From assembly GCA_963822965.1 (NCBI GenBank), contig CAWGJT010000005.1, forward strand, positions 1,344,001 through 1,408,000: DNA of 64,000 nt. Reading direction: 5' to 3'. Source of the stretch: an uncultured delta proteobacterium. Its GTDB lineage: Bacteria; Myxococcota_A; UBA9160; UBA4427. The notes under the pieces were generated by a model, which worked only from the letters and a program-made list of their open reading frames with translations, was not told the DNA's origin and did not search any database. The translations under genes and the position numbers were made by a program. This document shows positions 1-10,696 of the stretch, in pieces. Numbering within the stretch: the first letter of the stretch is position 1; each line of letters starts with the position of its first letter.

Positions 1-69
1 GGGCACTTCGCTCGCCCGATCACCTCCCCGGCAGAGGAGACGCAGAACATCGACGGCCCCGAACTCGAC

Positions 70-1551
70 TCATCCGGGCGTGGGGCGGGGGATGCGGGTC
101 TGGAGCGACGAAGGTAGAGCCGTCCACACTACGTCCAGACAGCGCATCAGTGGCTCGCGGGCCAACAGGATGAGGAGTACGGCGTAGACGGCCGAGCCTG
201 CGAAGCCGGCAACGAGGAGGACGCCCCAGCCAGGCCAGCTCGCGGGCAGCGCCTCCCGAGTCGCCCAGCACGTGGCCCCGAGTGCCAACGCCGCAAAGGC
301 CGGGATCGCGTACGGTTGGGCGAGTTCCATGAGGCTGGCGCCGATCACGCTTCGCGCCGCCAGCGCAAAGCACGGCATCAGGACGAGCGAGCGCAGCAAG
401 ACCGCTGCCGCGACTCCGAGCACGCCGAAGCGGACGCCGATCAGGATGGCGACGAGGCCGAAGCCTATTCCAACGAGCTGAATCCTCAGCACCCAATCCG
501 GCTTCCCCATCGCGATGACGACCGGACCGAATAGCATCTGGACGGAGAACGCCACCCCGAATCCGCTCAGCAGCTGCATGACCCGAACGGACTCGTTCCA
601 CTGCTCACCGAAGACCGCGAGCACGAGGACGGGGGCGAGCGAAGCGATCCCCAGATAGACGGGGAAGACGATCATTCCGTTCATCTCGGACGCGATCCGC
701 AGCGCCCGACGAACCCGCTCGGGATCGTCCTGCATCTTGGAGAACACGGGGACGGACACGGAGTTCAGCGTCTTCGACAACAGATCGACGACCATCCGAA
801 CGGCGCGAAACCCGACGACGTAGATGCCGAGCGCCGCCGGGCCGACAACATAGCCGATGATGAAGCGGTCGACGTGATCTCCCAGATATCGCAGAAGCTG
901 GATCCCAACGATGTTCAACCCGAAGTTGAAGAGCTCACCCGAGTGCCTGCGCGTGGCTCGAAACGACGGCCGCCAACCCGTCAACCCCCACAAGAGCACG
1001 GCCGACGCCGCCGTAGCCGTGAGCTGCTGGGCGACCAGACTCCAGACGCCCCAGCCGGACACGGCCATCACAACCCCGACGACTCCGCCGACGACGTTCG
1101 CCGCGAGCGTGCGAAGGGCGAGTGGCTTCATCTTGAGCGCGCGGCGGAGCTGGGCGGCAGGTACCAGGCTGAAGGCGCCGAGGAAGAGCGACGGCGAGAG
1201 CCAGCGAAGGACCTCCGCCAGCTCCGGCTCGCCGACCGCGGCGCCGAGAAACGGGGAGGCCACGAAGAGGATGACGGTGAGCGCGGACGAAATTCCGATC
1301 TGAACCCAGAAAGCGCTGTCGAGGTGCTCCTGTTCGAGATGCTTGCGCTGCACGATGGCCTGCGTGAAGCCCGCGGTGGCCATGAGCCGGATGAGCACCA
1401 GGAACACCCCGGCATAGGAGACCAGGCCGAAGTCCTCGGGCGCCAACAGACGCGCCAACGCGACGAAGATCACCAGGTTCGAAGCCTGCCCACCCCAGCT
1501 CTGCAGCATGGTCCACGCGGCCGCATCGACGGCGCGCTCTCGCAGTCCCAT
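70..1551 (-). CDS. Polysaccharide flippase (Wzx/PST family)
   Basis: ATG at 1551 with GAGGAG RBS; LARLLAPEDFGL motif; many hydrophobic segments. Confidence 0.9.
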   Translation of the reverse strand: MGLRERAVDAAAWTMLQSWGGQASNLVIFVALARLLAPEDFGLVSYAGVFLVLIRLMATAGFTQAIVQRKHLEQEHLDSAFWVQIGISSALTVILFVASPFLGAAVGEPELAEVLRWLSPSLFLGAFSLVPAAQLRRALKMKPLALRTLAANVVGGVVGVVMAVSGWGVWSLVAQQLTATAASAVLLWGLTGWRPSFRATRRHSGELFNFGLNIVGIQLLRYLGDHVDRFIIGYVVGPAALGIYVVGFRAVRMVVDLLSKTLNSVSVPVFSKMQDDPERVRRALRIASEMNGMIVFPVYLGIASLAPVLVLAVFGEQWNESVRVMQLLSGFGVAFSVQMLFGPVVIAMGKPDWVLRIQLVGIGFGLVAILIGVRFGVLGVAAAVLLRSLVLMPCFALAARSVIGASLMELAQPYAIPAFAALALGATCWATREALPASWPGWGVLLVAGFAGSAVYAVLLILLAREPLMRCLDVVWTALPSSLQTRIPRPTPG

Positions 1552-1601
1552 TCTGTAGGGTCTCCTCGTCCGGTCGGCTGGCAGAGATCGAGGACGCGGC
1601 C

Positions 1602-2633
1602 TCAGCCGCGATCGTCGAGCTCTTCCCAACCCCGTCGCGAAGCGTCGCGACGAGCTCGGAGTGCCTCTTGCATCCGCTCGGCGTAGTACCAGAGGCCGGG
1701 ACCGGACTTGGCCGCCAAGCGATAGCCCTTGGCGACCAGCACGGGGCCCGCGACGGCCTCGAAACGCGAGAGCCGAGCGGGCCGCAGCTCTTCGCGCCAC
1801 GCCTCGATGCGATCCGGTAGCGGAGGCTTGCCGATGTTTCGGTGCAGGTGCTGCAAGCGATCGGGTACATATTCGACTTGGCGCGCCGTGTCGATTTTCG
1901 CGGCCTCGACACCGAGCCAGGCGAAGATCCGTGCGAGCTCCGCTTGGGGATTTCGGACGAGCGCTTCGTAGGCAACCTCGAATGCCTGTGTGGGGTGCCG
2001 CATCGCGAAGTGATCGAAGCTCTTCACGATCGTGCTCCAGCGCTTCGCGCTCGACACCGCGTTGGTTTCGAACGGCTTGCGCCGCGAGGAGTGGAGCGCC
2101 GCCAGCTTCGAATTGAAGACCGCCCTGCCGTCTCGCACGATGTGGAGCATCCGAAGCCCCGGAATCTGGCGCGCGAGCGCAGAGGCGCAGGCCACGTACA
2201 GCCCTCCCTTCTTCAAACCGAGGATCCGGGCCTCCGGTCGTGTGAGGGCGAACTGTGCAGCGAGGACCTCTCGGACGAAGTCGGCAAAGGCGAGAGGCAG
2301 ACTCGCGCACAGGCACTTGCGAAGTGCTTCTCGATCGACATCCCAATCACGCGCGAACTTGAAGTCGCCATAGAGGAGGTCGAGCGCCCGTTCGAGGGCC
2401 TCGTCGGAGGTGACCGGCCAACTCTCCGCCCGGGAGAGCAGGCTCACCACGAAATTGCTCTCCGGCCCCAGCGCGATGTCGGGATGATTCGTGAGCAGGG
2501 ACGCAAGGAAGGTCGTGCCCGATCGCGCATCTCCCACCACGAAGAGCGTGACAGGACGCGCTGCGATGTTGCCGTCGTTCGCGATTTCGGGTCCCTCTGG
2601 GGGCTGGAGTTCTGAAGACCGGGGGACCGCGAT
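1602..2633 (-). CDS. Sulfotransferase family protein (start uncertain)
   Basis: PAPS-binding motifs FVVGDARSGTT and HIVRDGRAVFNS; YEALVRNP; no clear ATG. Confidence 0.8.
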   Translation of the reverse strand: MAVPRSSELQPPEGPEIANDGNIAARPVTLFVVGDARSGTTFLASLLTNHPDIALGPESNFVVSLLSRAESWPVTSDEALERALDLLYGDFKFARDWDVDREALRKCLCASLPLAFADFVREVLAAQFALTRPEARILGLKKGGLYVACASALARQIPGLRMLHIVRDGRAVFNSKLAALHSSRRKPFETNAVSSAKRWSTIVKSFDHFAMRHPTQAFEVAYEALVRNPQAELARIFAWLGVEAAKIDTARQVEYVPDRLQHLHRNIGKPPLPDRIEAWREELRPARLSRFEAVAGPVLVAKGYRLAAKSGPGLWYYAERMQEALRARRDASRRGWEELDDRG

Positions 2634-2774
2634 GGTAGCGCGCCGCCCTTTCGTCGACCCGAGGGGGTGGACCGGCCGTCTCACTGGCGATCCGCCGGGG
2701 CAGGCTAGAATGCGTGCCCAAAACCCGCACGCACCGCAAGCGCCTGCGTGTCCTCCCCTGTACCCGAGGCTTCG

Positions 2775-3713
2775 ATGACCCGGCTTCCCTCGCGGATGAT
2801 ACGGAAGCTCCGTCAGCTCGGCGGAGTCGACGACGGCGGACCCCTGAGGTTCCAGCGCGACGGGCACGAGTTCACGGGTCTGCACCGGCTCGAGAAGCAC
2901 CGCGGACGCATCTGGAACCGCGCGGGTCGGCTCCTGTGGCGAGCGGAGATGGACGGCCGGCCCGTAAAGATCTTCGAGTGCGCGAGCCCGACACAAGCGG
3001 AGTTCATTGCCGCCCTGTCCAGCCACGCGGAGCTCGGGACCTTCTTCCCGGAGGTCCGCATGCGCATCGGGGCAATCATCGTCGCGGAGTGGGTCGACGG
3101 CGCGCTGCTCTCGTGGAAGGCGATTCAGAACGACACGCATCAGATCATCCGCAAGATCGCTGCAATGCAGGCTGCCCTGCATCGAACTTCGCTCGAGAGG
3201 TTCGAGCGGGAATGTGGCTTCGACTACCTGGACTGCCTCCTGCAGCGGGCTCTGCGCTTCTCGTCCATCCTGCCGATCGACGACGCAATCCAGCGGATCC
3301 AGCAGAGACTCGCCGAGCTCCCCGACCTCCCCTCACGGTTGTCTCATCCCGACTTCACGGCTCCCAATCTCGTGCGACGCGGAGGCCATCTCGTCTCCAT
3401 CGACAACGAGCTCGTGAGTCAGAACTCGCATTCGATCTTCGATCTCTTCAATACCGTTCGGAGTTTCGGGAAACTTGCGCGCGGCCCGATGCTCGAGCGG
3501 TATCTTCGAAGCTACGCGGACGCCGGTGGTGATCTCGCGCCCCTCCTCGACCATGCCGAGTACTTCGTGTCGATCTGGCACCTCCGGTCGATCGGTGCCA
3601 GTCTTCAGAACGACGATCTCCGTGCGGCAGACCAGCTCGCGCGAGAGGTTGCTGCCGATCGAGCGGACGAACCCGTGTTGCTCAGCTGCACAAGGGAGAT
3701 ATTGGGACGATGA
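2775..3713 (+). CDS. Phosphotransferase (APH/choline kinase-like fold)
   Basis: SHPDFTAPNL and IDNE kinase-like motifs; overlaps start of next gene. Confidence 0.7.
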   Translation: MTRLPSRMIRKLRQLGGVDDGGPLRFQRDGHEFTGLHRLEKHRGRIWNRAGRLLWRAEMDGRPVKIFECASPTQAEFIAALSSHAELGTFFPEVRMRIGAIIVAEWVDGALLSWKAIQNDTHQIIRKIAAMQAALHRTSLERFERECGFDYLDCLLQRALRFSSILPIDDAIQRIQQRLAELPDLPSRLSHPDFTAPNLVRRGGHLVSIDNELVSQNSHSIFDLFNTVRSFGKLARGPMLERYLRSYADAGGDLAPLLDHAEYFVSIWHLRSIGASLQNDDLRAADQLAREVAADRADEPVLLSCTREILGR

Positions 3714-4348
3714 CGTATGAGACCCGGTGGGAATTCATCGATCCTCGGGTAGAAGGCCGACGCGTTCTCGAAGTGGGGCCCGCAGAACTCGTCGGCACGA
3801 CCGCCTCCCACAAGGGCGACCGCTGGATCCACGGTCGCGTTGCCAAGGTCGCGAAGAGCCTGGTGGGGGTCGAGTACAGCCAGGAACAAGTCGATGCGCT
3901 GCGTGCGCGCGGCTTCGACATCGAGCAGGGCGACGCCCAGGATTTCAACGTCGAGGGAGACTTCGACGTCGTCCTCGCCGGCGAACTCATCGAGCACCTG
4001 TCCAACCCGGGGCTCTTCCTCGACTGCGCCTATCGTCACCTGCTGCCGGGCGGAAAGATCGTTCTGACGACACCGAACCGATTCGCGATCGATCGGATTC
4101 TTCGTGTGCTGCGAACGGGCGAGATTCCGCGCTATCAGAAGAACATCGCCAAACACGTGATGTACTTCGACTCCGATTCTCTCGGGTCGCTGCTGGAACG
4201 ACACGGCTTCATCGACATCGAGATCGACTACTGCATGTGGGTCGGTCTTCCGCGCACCGGCGGCACGAAACTCGCGATGCAGTTGGCGCGTAGATTCCGG
4301 CCCGTGATGCTCTCGACGATCGTCGCAACGGCGGTGAAGAAGCACTGA
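3710..4348 (+). CDS. Class I SAM-dependent methyltransferase
   Basis: RVLEVG, FDVVLAGELIEHL and LLPGGKIVLTTPN motifs. Confidence 0.9.
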   Translation: MTYETRWEFIDPRVEGRRVLEVGPAELVGTTASHKGDRWIHGRVAKVAKSLVGVEYSQEQVDALRARGFDIEQGDAQDFNVEGDFDVVLAGELIEHLSNPGLFLDCAYRHLLPGGKIVLTTPNRFAIDRILRVLRTGEIPRYQKNIAKHVMYFDSDSLGSLLERHGFIDIEIDYCMWVGLPRTGGTKLAMQLARRFRPVMLSTIVATAVKKH

Positions 4349-4444
4349 ACCCGCGCCGCTCTCAGCGGCGGTACGGGTTGGGCGCAAAGCGACTCAGTGC
4401 GACGCGCCAGGCGAAGCGAACCAGGCGTACCGGAAGCCGCAGGG

Positions 4445-4526
4445 CATAGGACGAATATGCCCCGTTCTGGCTCGACGTCCGGGTAGGGGCCTTATGTCAA
4501 TCGCCCTCCGGGGTCCCGGCGGCGGG
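4445..4526 (-). repeat. ~82 bp oriIS-like mini-element, subfamily A
   Basis: CATAGGACGAA...GTCCGGGTAGGGGCCTTATGTCAATCGCCCTCCGGGGTCCCGGCGGCGGG, shared with other copies. Confidence 0.85.
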
Positions 4527-4556
4527 ACCGCGACGGGCTGCTTTTCGGCCGGCCCT

Positions 4557-5369
4557 CTAGCCTTCGTCCGGTACCACCATCCCCCGCTCCTTGAGCCAAG
4601 CGATTACCTTGGTCATCGATGGAGACATACCCGGATTGAAGGCCAGCAGTCGTCGACCGTTGGCGATTCGATCTATCAAGCTGACGCCCCATTCATTCCG
4701 GAACTGGTAGTCGACGCCTTGCTCCAGCAAGAAGTAGGCCACATCGAACCATCCGAGGCCCGCCGCGCGCATCACGGGCGTGTCTCCGTTTGCCGCGCGT
4801 GCGTTGAGATCGGCACCTGAATCCATCAGGAGCTTGACGGATTCAATCGACCAAAGCGCCCGGAAGATCGGCGGACCACCGAACGGCCACGCCCCTGCCA
4901 CCAGATTCCAGTCTCCGCCGTGCCGCAGCGCCACTTCCAAGAATCTGCGATCCCGAGCGCCCGCCGCCCAGTGCATGACGGAGCTGCCGTCATCGAAGAT
5001 GATATTCGGATTGGCTCCAAGCTCGAGGAGCAGGGTAAACCCGGACAGGTCTCTAGTTGCGTAGAACAGCGGCGTCACGTTCCCTTTGCCCCTCGAATCC
5101 ACGCCAACTCCCCCTTCGACCATCCGCTTTACCTCTGCTATCCGCCCCTTGGCAGCCGCCACTGCCAACTCCTGAACCTTCGGATCAGCGAACACCTCCG
5201 CCGCGGCCGGCGCAACGCCCGGTTTTGCACTGCCCCGATTGACGCTCCACCTCGAGACATTTTCGGCCCCGGGTGCAGGCATTCCTTCGCAACACAGCGA
5301 GACCATGGCGACTGCAGCCACAACCGCGTAGGCAAGGCGACCACTGCGCCAGTCAACTGCTGCTCGCAT
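4557..5369 (-). CDS. Ankyrin-repeat protein with signal-like N-terminus; putative immunity protein
   Basis: Ankyrin repeats (TPLFYA, GANPN, GADLNAR..GDTPVMRAA); lies 2 bp downstream of the Rhs C-terminus. Confidence 0.8.
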   Translation of the reverse strand: MRAAVDWRSGRLAYAVVAAVAMVSLCCEGMPAPGAENVSRWSVNRGSAKPGVAPAAAEVFADPKVQELAVAAAKGRIAEVKRMVEGGVGVDSRGKGNVTPLFYATRDLSGFTLLLELGANPNIIFDDGSSVMHWAAGARDRRFLEVALRHGGDWNLVAGAWPFGGPPIFRALWSIESVKLLMDSGADLNARAANGDTPVMRAAGLGWFDVAYFLLEQGVDYQFRNEWGVSLIDRIANGRRLLAFNPGMSPSMTKVIAWLKERGMVVPDEG

Positions 5370-5371
5370 CC

Positions 5372-6113
5372 CTAGCAGCCTCCATCATTCAACGCCGCAC
5401 ACAGCGGCGCGATCGGGTGATAGCCGCCGTTTTGAACACCAATGTAAGCCCCAGGAGAGCTCGTCGGGGTCACGAAATTGACGAATCGGAGAAGGTCGCT
5501 GCCACTCCGGATTTGAAAGATGTGCGGGCTACTCGACGCAACGAGGCCAGCGAGCGTACGCGAATTGATTCCCGCTGAATCGAAGACGTAGGCGTCGCTT
5601 CCCGTAGCAATCGCGCCCACGATGGCGAGACCTCCCCCGAGCGAATGACCGACGAAGACAAGCGGTCCAATCCCGAACGCATACATCCCACTCGGATCTG
5701 TCATGGACAGTGGACTATTTCTCACGTACGCGTAGGGGTCTAAAGATTGCGGACTCGCCGCTCCCATGACCGGATCAACCGACAAGAACTGACCGACCAG
5801 CGGGTCCAAAACGCGTGCATTTGCGTGGATCAGGCCCACCTCGTCGAGGTGCTCGTGGTCCGTAAAGCGCCGGGGCGTCACGTTGCTTCGCTGCCCGTTC
5901 CCGAGTGGCTGGCCCTGCTCGTCCACGCTTCTCCCGTACGGGTCGTAGAAGTACCGGACGAGGATCGCGCCCTGCTCGTCGGTCACCGCGGCCACCGAGC
6001 CGAGGCGATTCTGGTGAGTGTAGCGGGCACTTCGACCCACCGTGTCGCTCGTGACAATCAGGGCCACCCGGGTTCCGTTCGCCATCACGTAGTGGTGACG
6101 CTCGGTGGCGGAG
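5372..6113 (-). pseudogene. Orphan Rhs core plus C-terminal lipase-like toxin tip, 5' cut at a repeat
   Basis: LGSVAAVTD, YDPYG, ARVLDPLVGQFLSVDP, PYAYVRNSPLSMTDPSG, then GHSLGGG. Confidence 0.85.
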
Positions 6114-6195
6114 GATAGGCCGGACAAGTCGCATTCTTGGCGAAGGTCCGAGTAGGGGCCTTGTGTCAATCGCCCTCCGGGGTCCCGGCGGCGGG
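6114..6195 (-). repeat. Mini-element copy, subfamily A; empty form of the IS110 target
   Basis: GAG-GATAGGCCGGACAAGTCGCATTCTTGGCGAAGG...GGCGGCGGG; joins P450 and Rhs fragments. Confidence 0.85.
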
Positions 6196-6775
6196 CAGAC
6201 TCTTGATCTGGCTCATCAGCCCGTTCTTGCTCCAGCGGATCTCGTCCTCGAGGAGGCGAGCCCCCGGCGGCATCAGCTCGAGCGCGGCTTCGCGCATCAA
6301 GCCGAGCTCCATTCGTGCGATGTTCGCTCCGATGCAGTAGTGGGTGCCGTGGCCGAAGCTCACGGCCTCTCGCGTGTCGCGGCGGAGATCCAGCGCATCC
6401 GGTTCGCAGAAGATCCTCGGGTCGCGATTGGCGCTCATCAGGCCCAGCAGCGCGAGCTGCCCCCGGCGCAACGCCTTCCCGCCCAGGTCGAAATCCTCGA
6501 CGACGCACCGCGGCATCACGATGAGGCCACTGTCGTAGCGAAGCAGCTCTTCCACCGCGTTCTGCAGGAGGGCGGGATCGGAGCGAAGAAAGGAGAGCCG
6601 CTCCGGGTGCTTCAGCAGCGAGCGCAGTGCCCGCGCACAAGCAACGCTCGTCGTGCCCGTTCCGGCCGAGACCAGGCCCGCAATCACGCGTGTCACGTCC
6701 TCGGCAGTCGCGGACGCAGATGCGCCGGGAGCGTTCAGGAGATCGGAGATCAAGTCCTCCAGGCCCTCGAGCGCG
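6196..6775 (-). pseudogene. Cytochrome P450 C-terminal fragment
   Basis: AGTGTT (I-helix), EELLR, FGHGTHYCIG heme motif; N-terminal half absent, 3' end runs into repeat. Confidence 0.85.
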
Positions 6776-6976
6776 CTGCGCGCTTGCATCCGTCCACGGC
6801 GAGGACACAAACACCGCGCCACGGCCGCGAGGCTCTCGAACCGAACCGCCCGATTGGCCAGCAGAGACGGACACGAGCAGCGCCCGGCGGCGGGCGACTC
6901 GCCCATCATCCCAATGCGGGCAGGGTCGTCACGACGCCGCGCGGTGCGGCCCGCGCGCTTTTGGCTCGGAGGCGCT

Positions 6977-8503
6977 CTACTTCACCCGTTCGATATCGCC
7001 CGGCCGCCAGGTCTTGTTGATCCAGGGCTCGAGCGGTCCGTACATGCGCAGGATGACGAACCAGCTCTTGCCCGGAATCGTCTGTAGCCAGTTCCCCTCT
7101 TGGCCCTTCGGCGCCTTCGGCGCGAAGTAGACGTCGTAGGAGCCGTCGGCGTTCTTCTTCATCCCCTTGGTCTGGCTGCCCACCGTCGGGAAGAGTTGGC
7201 TGGTTTGCAGCTGCGTGCGCGTCTGGGTGTCGTAGAGCGTGACCGCCCAGAAGTTGTTCACGGGCACGTTGGGCGGCAGATGCAGCTTGTAGGTCTTCGC
7301 ACCATCGAAAGGCTTGTCCTTGCTATCCAGAAAAGCCAATCCGTAGTCGGAACCTACTCCCACATGAGTCGTCGCCATGGCTGGCGTCACACCACCGGCG
7401 TTGTAGTAGAAGAGCACTCGCGCATCGAGGCCAATCGTGCCGTCCGCTTCGAACGAAGTATTCCTGTTTGCGTAGGCCGTAACCCAGTTGCTCTTCGTAT
7501 CGGGATAGAGATACACCCCGCCAATCCGAGGGTCGTAGGTGATGGCACGCCCTGCAGCGTTCCCGAGCGTCGCTGCCTCGGTCAGCAACTTCTTCATCCT
7601 GGCATCGGGATCGAAGGGCTTGCCCTTCACGATGCCGATTGCGGCCATGTAGCCGCGAACCTCGGGCCCAATTGCATCGATCGGCTCGGCCTGAACGACC
7701 TTGTTCAAGATCTCGAAGTACTCGAAGTCGCTCGGAAAGATCGTGCTGAACGATCGGCCGGACATGTTGATGAATTGGGTCGGCGCGGGATTGGCCTTGT
7801 CCTTCAGCGGATAGATGCGCAGCCCGGATTCGAAGTTGTCGACCGCGGCCTTCAGGCCGTCCTTGATGGAGCCCCGCAAAAACAGGAAGTTCTTGTTGGT
7901 CGGAGGCTTCAGCAGGAAATATCCGTCCGGCACCTTGCCCTCGTAGCCAGGAGGCAGGACGAGGTACTTGCCGCCCTTGCCCTTGTCCGGTCCGGTGATG
8001 CCGATATCGCCGACGAATCTCTGCCAGGCGTCGTCGAGGAAGCCCAGCATTCCCGGCGGCACTTCGATGACCGTCGGACCATCGTTTGCCAGGTCCGTCG
8101 GCGCATAGGCATACATCGTCGACGTATTGGAGGTGATGACCGGCGTCCGGGAATCCATCAGTTGTTCCCAGATGGCGATCTTGTTCGGTGCATCGGCGCC
8201 TTGCTGGGCCATCCCGAGGAGTACGCTGTAGATCGAAACGGCGCCGACGTTGTCCAGGTAGACCCCGAGCCCACGCGCGCGGTCCAGATAGTCGTAGACC
8301 AGATCGTTGGTGTTGCCGATCGGCACGCCATCGAAGAATTTCAGCTCACCGGCTGCGGTCTGGACCTGGTCCGGGATCGACGCAGCCTTCGTCTTCATGG
8401 CTTCCCTGGAATCGACTGCCTGAGCATGCGCACTCGCAAGAGCTAGCGTACAAGCGACTGTCAGCGCGAAGGCTTTTCTCTTGCTGGCATTCATTGCGTT
8501 CAC
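6977..8503 (-). CDS. Secreted DUF1254/DUF1214 domain protein
   Basis: Signal peptide; GPDKGKGGKYL, FWAVTLYD, NWLQT, LRMYGP motifs. Confidence 0.85.
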   Translation of the reverse strand: MNAMNASKRKAFALTVACTLALASAHAQAVDSREAMKTKAASIPDQVQTAAGELKFFDGVPIGNTNDLVYDYLDRARGLGVYLDNVGAVSIYSVLLGMAQQGADAPNKIAIWEQLMDSRTPVITSNTSTMYAYAPTDLANDGPTVIEVPPGMLGFLDDAWQRFVGDIGITGPDKGKGGKYLVLPPGYEGKVPDGYFLLKPPTNKNFLFLRGSIKDGLKAAVDNFESGLRIYPLKDKANPAPTQFINMSGRSFSTIFPSDFEYFEILNKVVQAEPIDAIGPEVRGYMAAIGIVKGKPFDPDARMKKLLTEAATLGNAAGRAITYDPRIGGVYLYPDTKSNWVTAYANRNTSFEADGTIGLDARVLFYYNAGGVTPAMATTHVGVGSDYGLAFLDSKDKPFDGAKTYKLHLPPNVPVNNFWAVTLYDTQTRTQLQTSQLFPTVGSQTKGMKKNADGSYDVYFAPKAPKGQEGNWLQTIPGKSWFVILRMYGPLEPWINKTWRPGDIERVK

Positions 8504-8690
8504 CGTTCTCCTCGTTGAATTTTGTCACCGGGTGCAGCAAACCGACCGAGGCAGCCCCGCTGCGGCCCATCGAGAGATCGAACTGCGATCCAGTCCTCGA
8601 GCATCGCGCTTATGGGGCACCCGGACCCGCGGCGAAGCTGCCGCCGCAGATGCACTACGCCAGCGACGGCCTGGACATACCCTCTAGCTC

Positions 8691-9716
8691 CTACTTGGCC
8701 CGGGGTATCGGAGGCCCCGGAAACGTCCAGGTACCATCGACGATCGCCTTGCTGGGCTCATACATTCGAACGGCGTAGTTCCAGCCGACCATGATGGGGA
8801 GGCAGTTCTCGACGCCGTCGCCGCACCCACCGAAGCGTATGGTGTAGGACCCGTCGCGGTTGGGCTTCGCGGTCAGGTTGTTGAGGCTGTAGGCGTCCAG
8901 GTCGTTCTTCTGAAAATAACCCTTCGCGTTGTACAGGCTGATCGACCAGAAGCCCTCGACCGGCACGTCCTTGACCGTCAGCTCGAATTTGCCGACAGGA
9001 AGGTCGGGCTGCACATTCACGTAGACCGCGTCCTTGTCCGGCAGACCACCCCAGGCAGACGCGGTACCGATCATGAAATGAACCGGGTTGACCTCTTTCT
9101 TCGAGCCGAATGTCTTGACATAGCGCTTCAGCCCTTTTGCGAGCTCGAGCACTGCGTCGAGCGTAGCCTCGTAGCTGGCCTTGTCGTATTTCGGCATCGC
9201 GAAGGGCATGTCGGATCGCGCCGAGATGCCGATCGCATCCTGAAGCTTGTGGGCCGCCGCGAGATCCGCCGGGTCTTCGGGGTTCGCAAGCGTCCGGATG
9301 ACAACGCTGACAAAAGGCGTGTCGAATTGGCCAACGGTCAGTTCATGGGCGCCGCCGCCGTAGAAGACCTTGTTCACGTATCCATCGTTGTTGATGATCA
9401 TCAGCGACATATATCGCTTGCCCGCATCGGGCATGGTCACGGTCGCGCCCTTGGAGATGTCGACCACACCAAGGCTGTAGAGCGTGTCGCGGTTCATCCG
9501 GATGACGTTCTGCTTGTCGATCGGCGTTGGCGTCCGGTTGTGGTGCAGCTTGTTGATTCCGCCCGCCAGCTTCACGATGCCCGCATACTCGAAGTCGGTC
9601 TGAGCCCGGTCGAAATTGTCTACATTGACGGAGATGGCACCATCGGCACTGGCCGCCAGCGAAACGCACGTGAGGGCGAGCGCGCAGACAAGCGAGGAAA
9701 ATGCAGAGCGTTTCAT
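8691..9716 (-). CDS. Secreted DUF1254/DUF1214 domain protein (short type)
   Basis: Signal peptide; VIRMNRDTLYS, FWSISLYN, WNYAVRMYEP. Confidence 0.85.
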   Translation of the reverse strand: MKRSAFSSLVCALALTCVSLAASADGAISVNVDNFDRAQTDFEYAGIVKLAGGINKLHHNRTPTPIDKQNVIRMNRDTLYSLGVVDISKGATVTMPDAGKRYMSLMIINNDGYVNKVFYGGGAHELTVGQFDTPFVSVVIRTLANPEDPADLAAAHKLQDAIGISARSDMPFAMPKYDKASYEATLDAVLELAKGLKRYVKTFGSKKEVNPVHFMIGTASAWGGLPDKDAVYVNVQPDLPVGKFELTVKDVPVEGFWSISLYNAKGYFQKNDLDAYSLNNLTAKPNRDGSYTIRFGGCGDGVENCLPIMVGWNYAVRMYEPSKAIVDGTWTFPGPPIPRAK

Positions 9717-10059
9717 CTGGACGATGTTCTCCGTCTGGGTGCCTGATCCGAGGGGGATGGGAAGCGGGAGTCTCCACCAGGCGCGCCGCGCATGTCAACC
9801 TCACCGCGACAACCGTCGGGTCATAGGAAGCAAGGAGTAGTAGCGAATATCACCGCCGCGCCAACGAGATCACCGGTGGGACGCACCATCGACATGGCTC
9901 TAACCCTTCGTCAGATGCGCCCAGCGCGCCGGCAGCGACACGTCGCGGTCCACGACCTTGGGCGGGAAGTTCACCTCGGCCGGCGGCCGCCACGCCATGT
10001 CGCGCATCGTCTGGCCGACGTTTGTCAGACTACGCCTCATCGGGTTTGAAGAAAGCCCC

Positions 10060-10079
10060 GCTTGAACCTCCTATAACCC
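10060..10079 (+). other. IS91/ISCR-type oriIS-like terminus
   Basis: GCTTGAACCTCCTATAACCC resembles the ISCR oriIS end TTGAAnTTCCTATACCC. Confidence 0.5.
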
Positions 10080-10385
10080 ACTGGAGGATCGTCGTTGCGC
10101 AGCTGACCGCGCCGGGCGCGCCCTTCGAAATCCTCGAGGACGGGCCGGGGTCGGCCGAAGCGCGTCTCCGAAGACCGCGAGCGATGGCTGCGCGAGAAGG
10201 TCCAGAACGCCGCGCTCCACGGGACCCTGGACTGCATGGTGCGGTGCGATCTTGCGGCGCGTCCCGGCCAGCACGCTCGCCGAGGCCGGCGTCTTGCCCA
10301 CGTCGCCGCCCGCGTGGCGAGCGGGAATACGCGAGAATACGGGCACGAAATGGTCACCAGCGATCCGGCCCTTGCGACCCGTTGG

Positions 10386-10404
10386 GTGACAGCTGTGCTG
10401 TCAC
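10386..10404. promoter_or_regulatory. Inverted repeat upstream of vapB; putative TA operator
   Basis: GTGACAGC-tgt-GCTGTCAC, about 20 bp before the antitoxin ATG. Confidence 0.55.
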
Positions 10405-10423
10405 TTCGTTGAGGGCTTCCGAC

Positions 10424-10696
10424 ATGCCGAGTGAATCTCGAATGACCGTCCGGCTCGACCCTGCGACTCGCCGAAAAGTCGAGCGCCTGGCCGCTCGCGA
10501 GGGCATCTCGCTGAACGAGGCGCTCAACCAGTTGCTCCACCAAGCGCCCGATGAGAGCGAGGCTCCGCCCCGCCGTCACAGGTACCGACTGAAGCCGCGA
10601 AAGGTCGGCTTCGGGTTCGAGGTCGCACGAGCCCGCCAGCTGGCCGCGCAGATGTCGGACGATCAGGCACTGAAGAAGCTCAAGGAGACCCGTTGA
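10424..10696 (+). CDS. vapB: Ribbon-helix-helix antitoxin (VapB-like)
   Basis: RMTVRLD...ERLAAREGISLNEALNQLL; overlaps the PIN gene. Confidence 0.7.
   Translation: MPSESRMTVRLDPATRRKVERLAAREGISLNEALNQLLHQAPDESEAPPRRHRYRLKPRKVGFGFEVARARQLAAQMSDDQALKKLKETR

Noticed and set aside
70..2346. 758-aa flippase
   Set aside because: The upstream part is an alternate frame of the sulfotransferase; the RBS-supported start is 1551.
4351..4441. Hairpin-rich spacer as another small element
   Set aside because: Single copy; the CCGCT-CTC-AGCGG stem could simply be a terminator.
5372..6874. 500-aa Rhs protein
   Set aside because: The N-terminal half is an off-frame reading of the P450 fragment plus the repeat.
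10085..10140. LTAPGAPFEI, like an acyl-CoA ligase N-terminus
   Set aside because: Too short to support a call.
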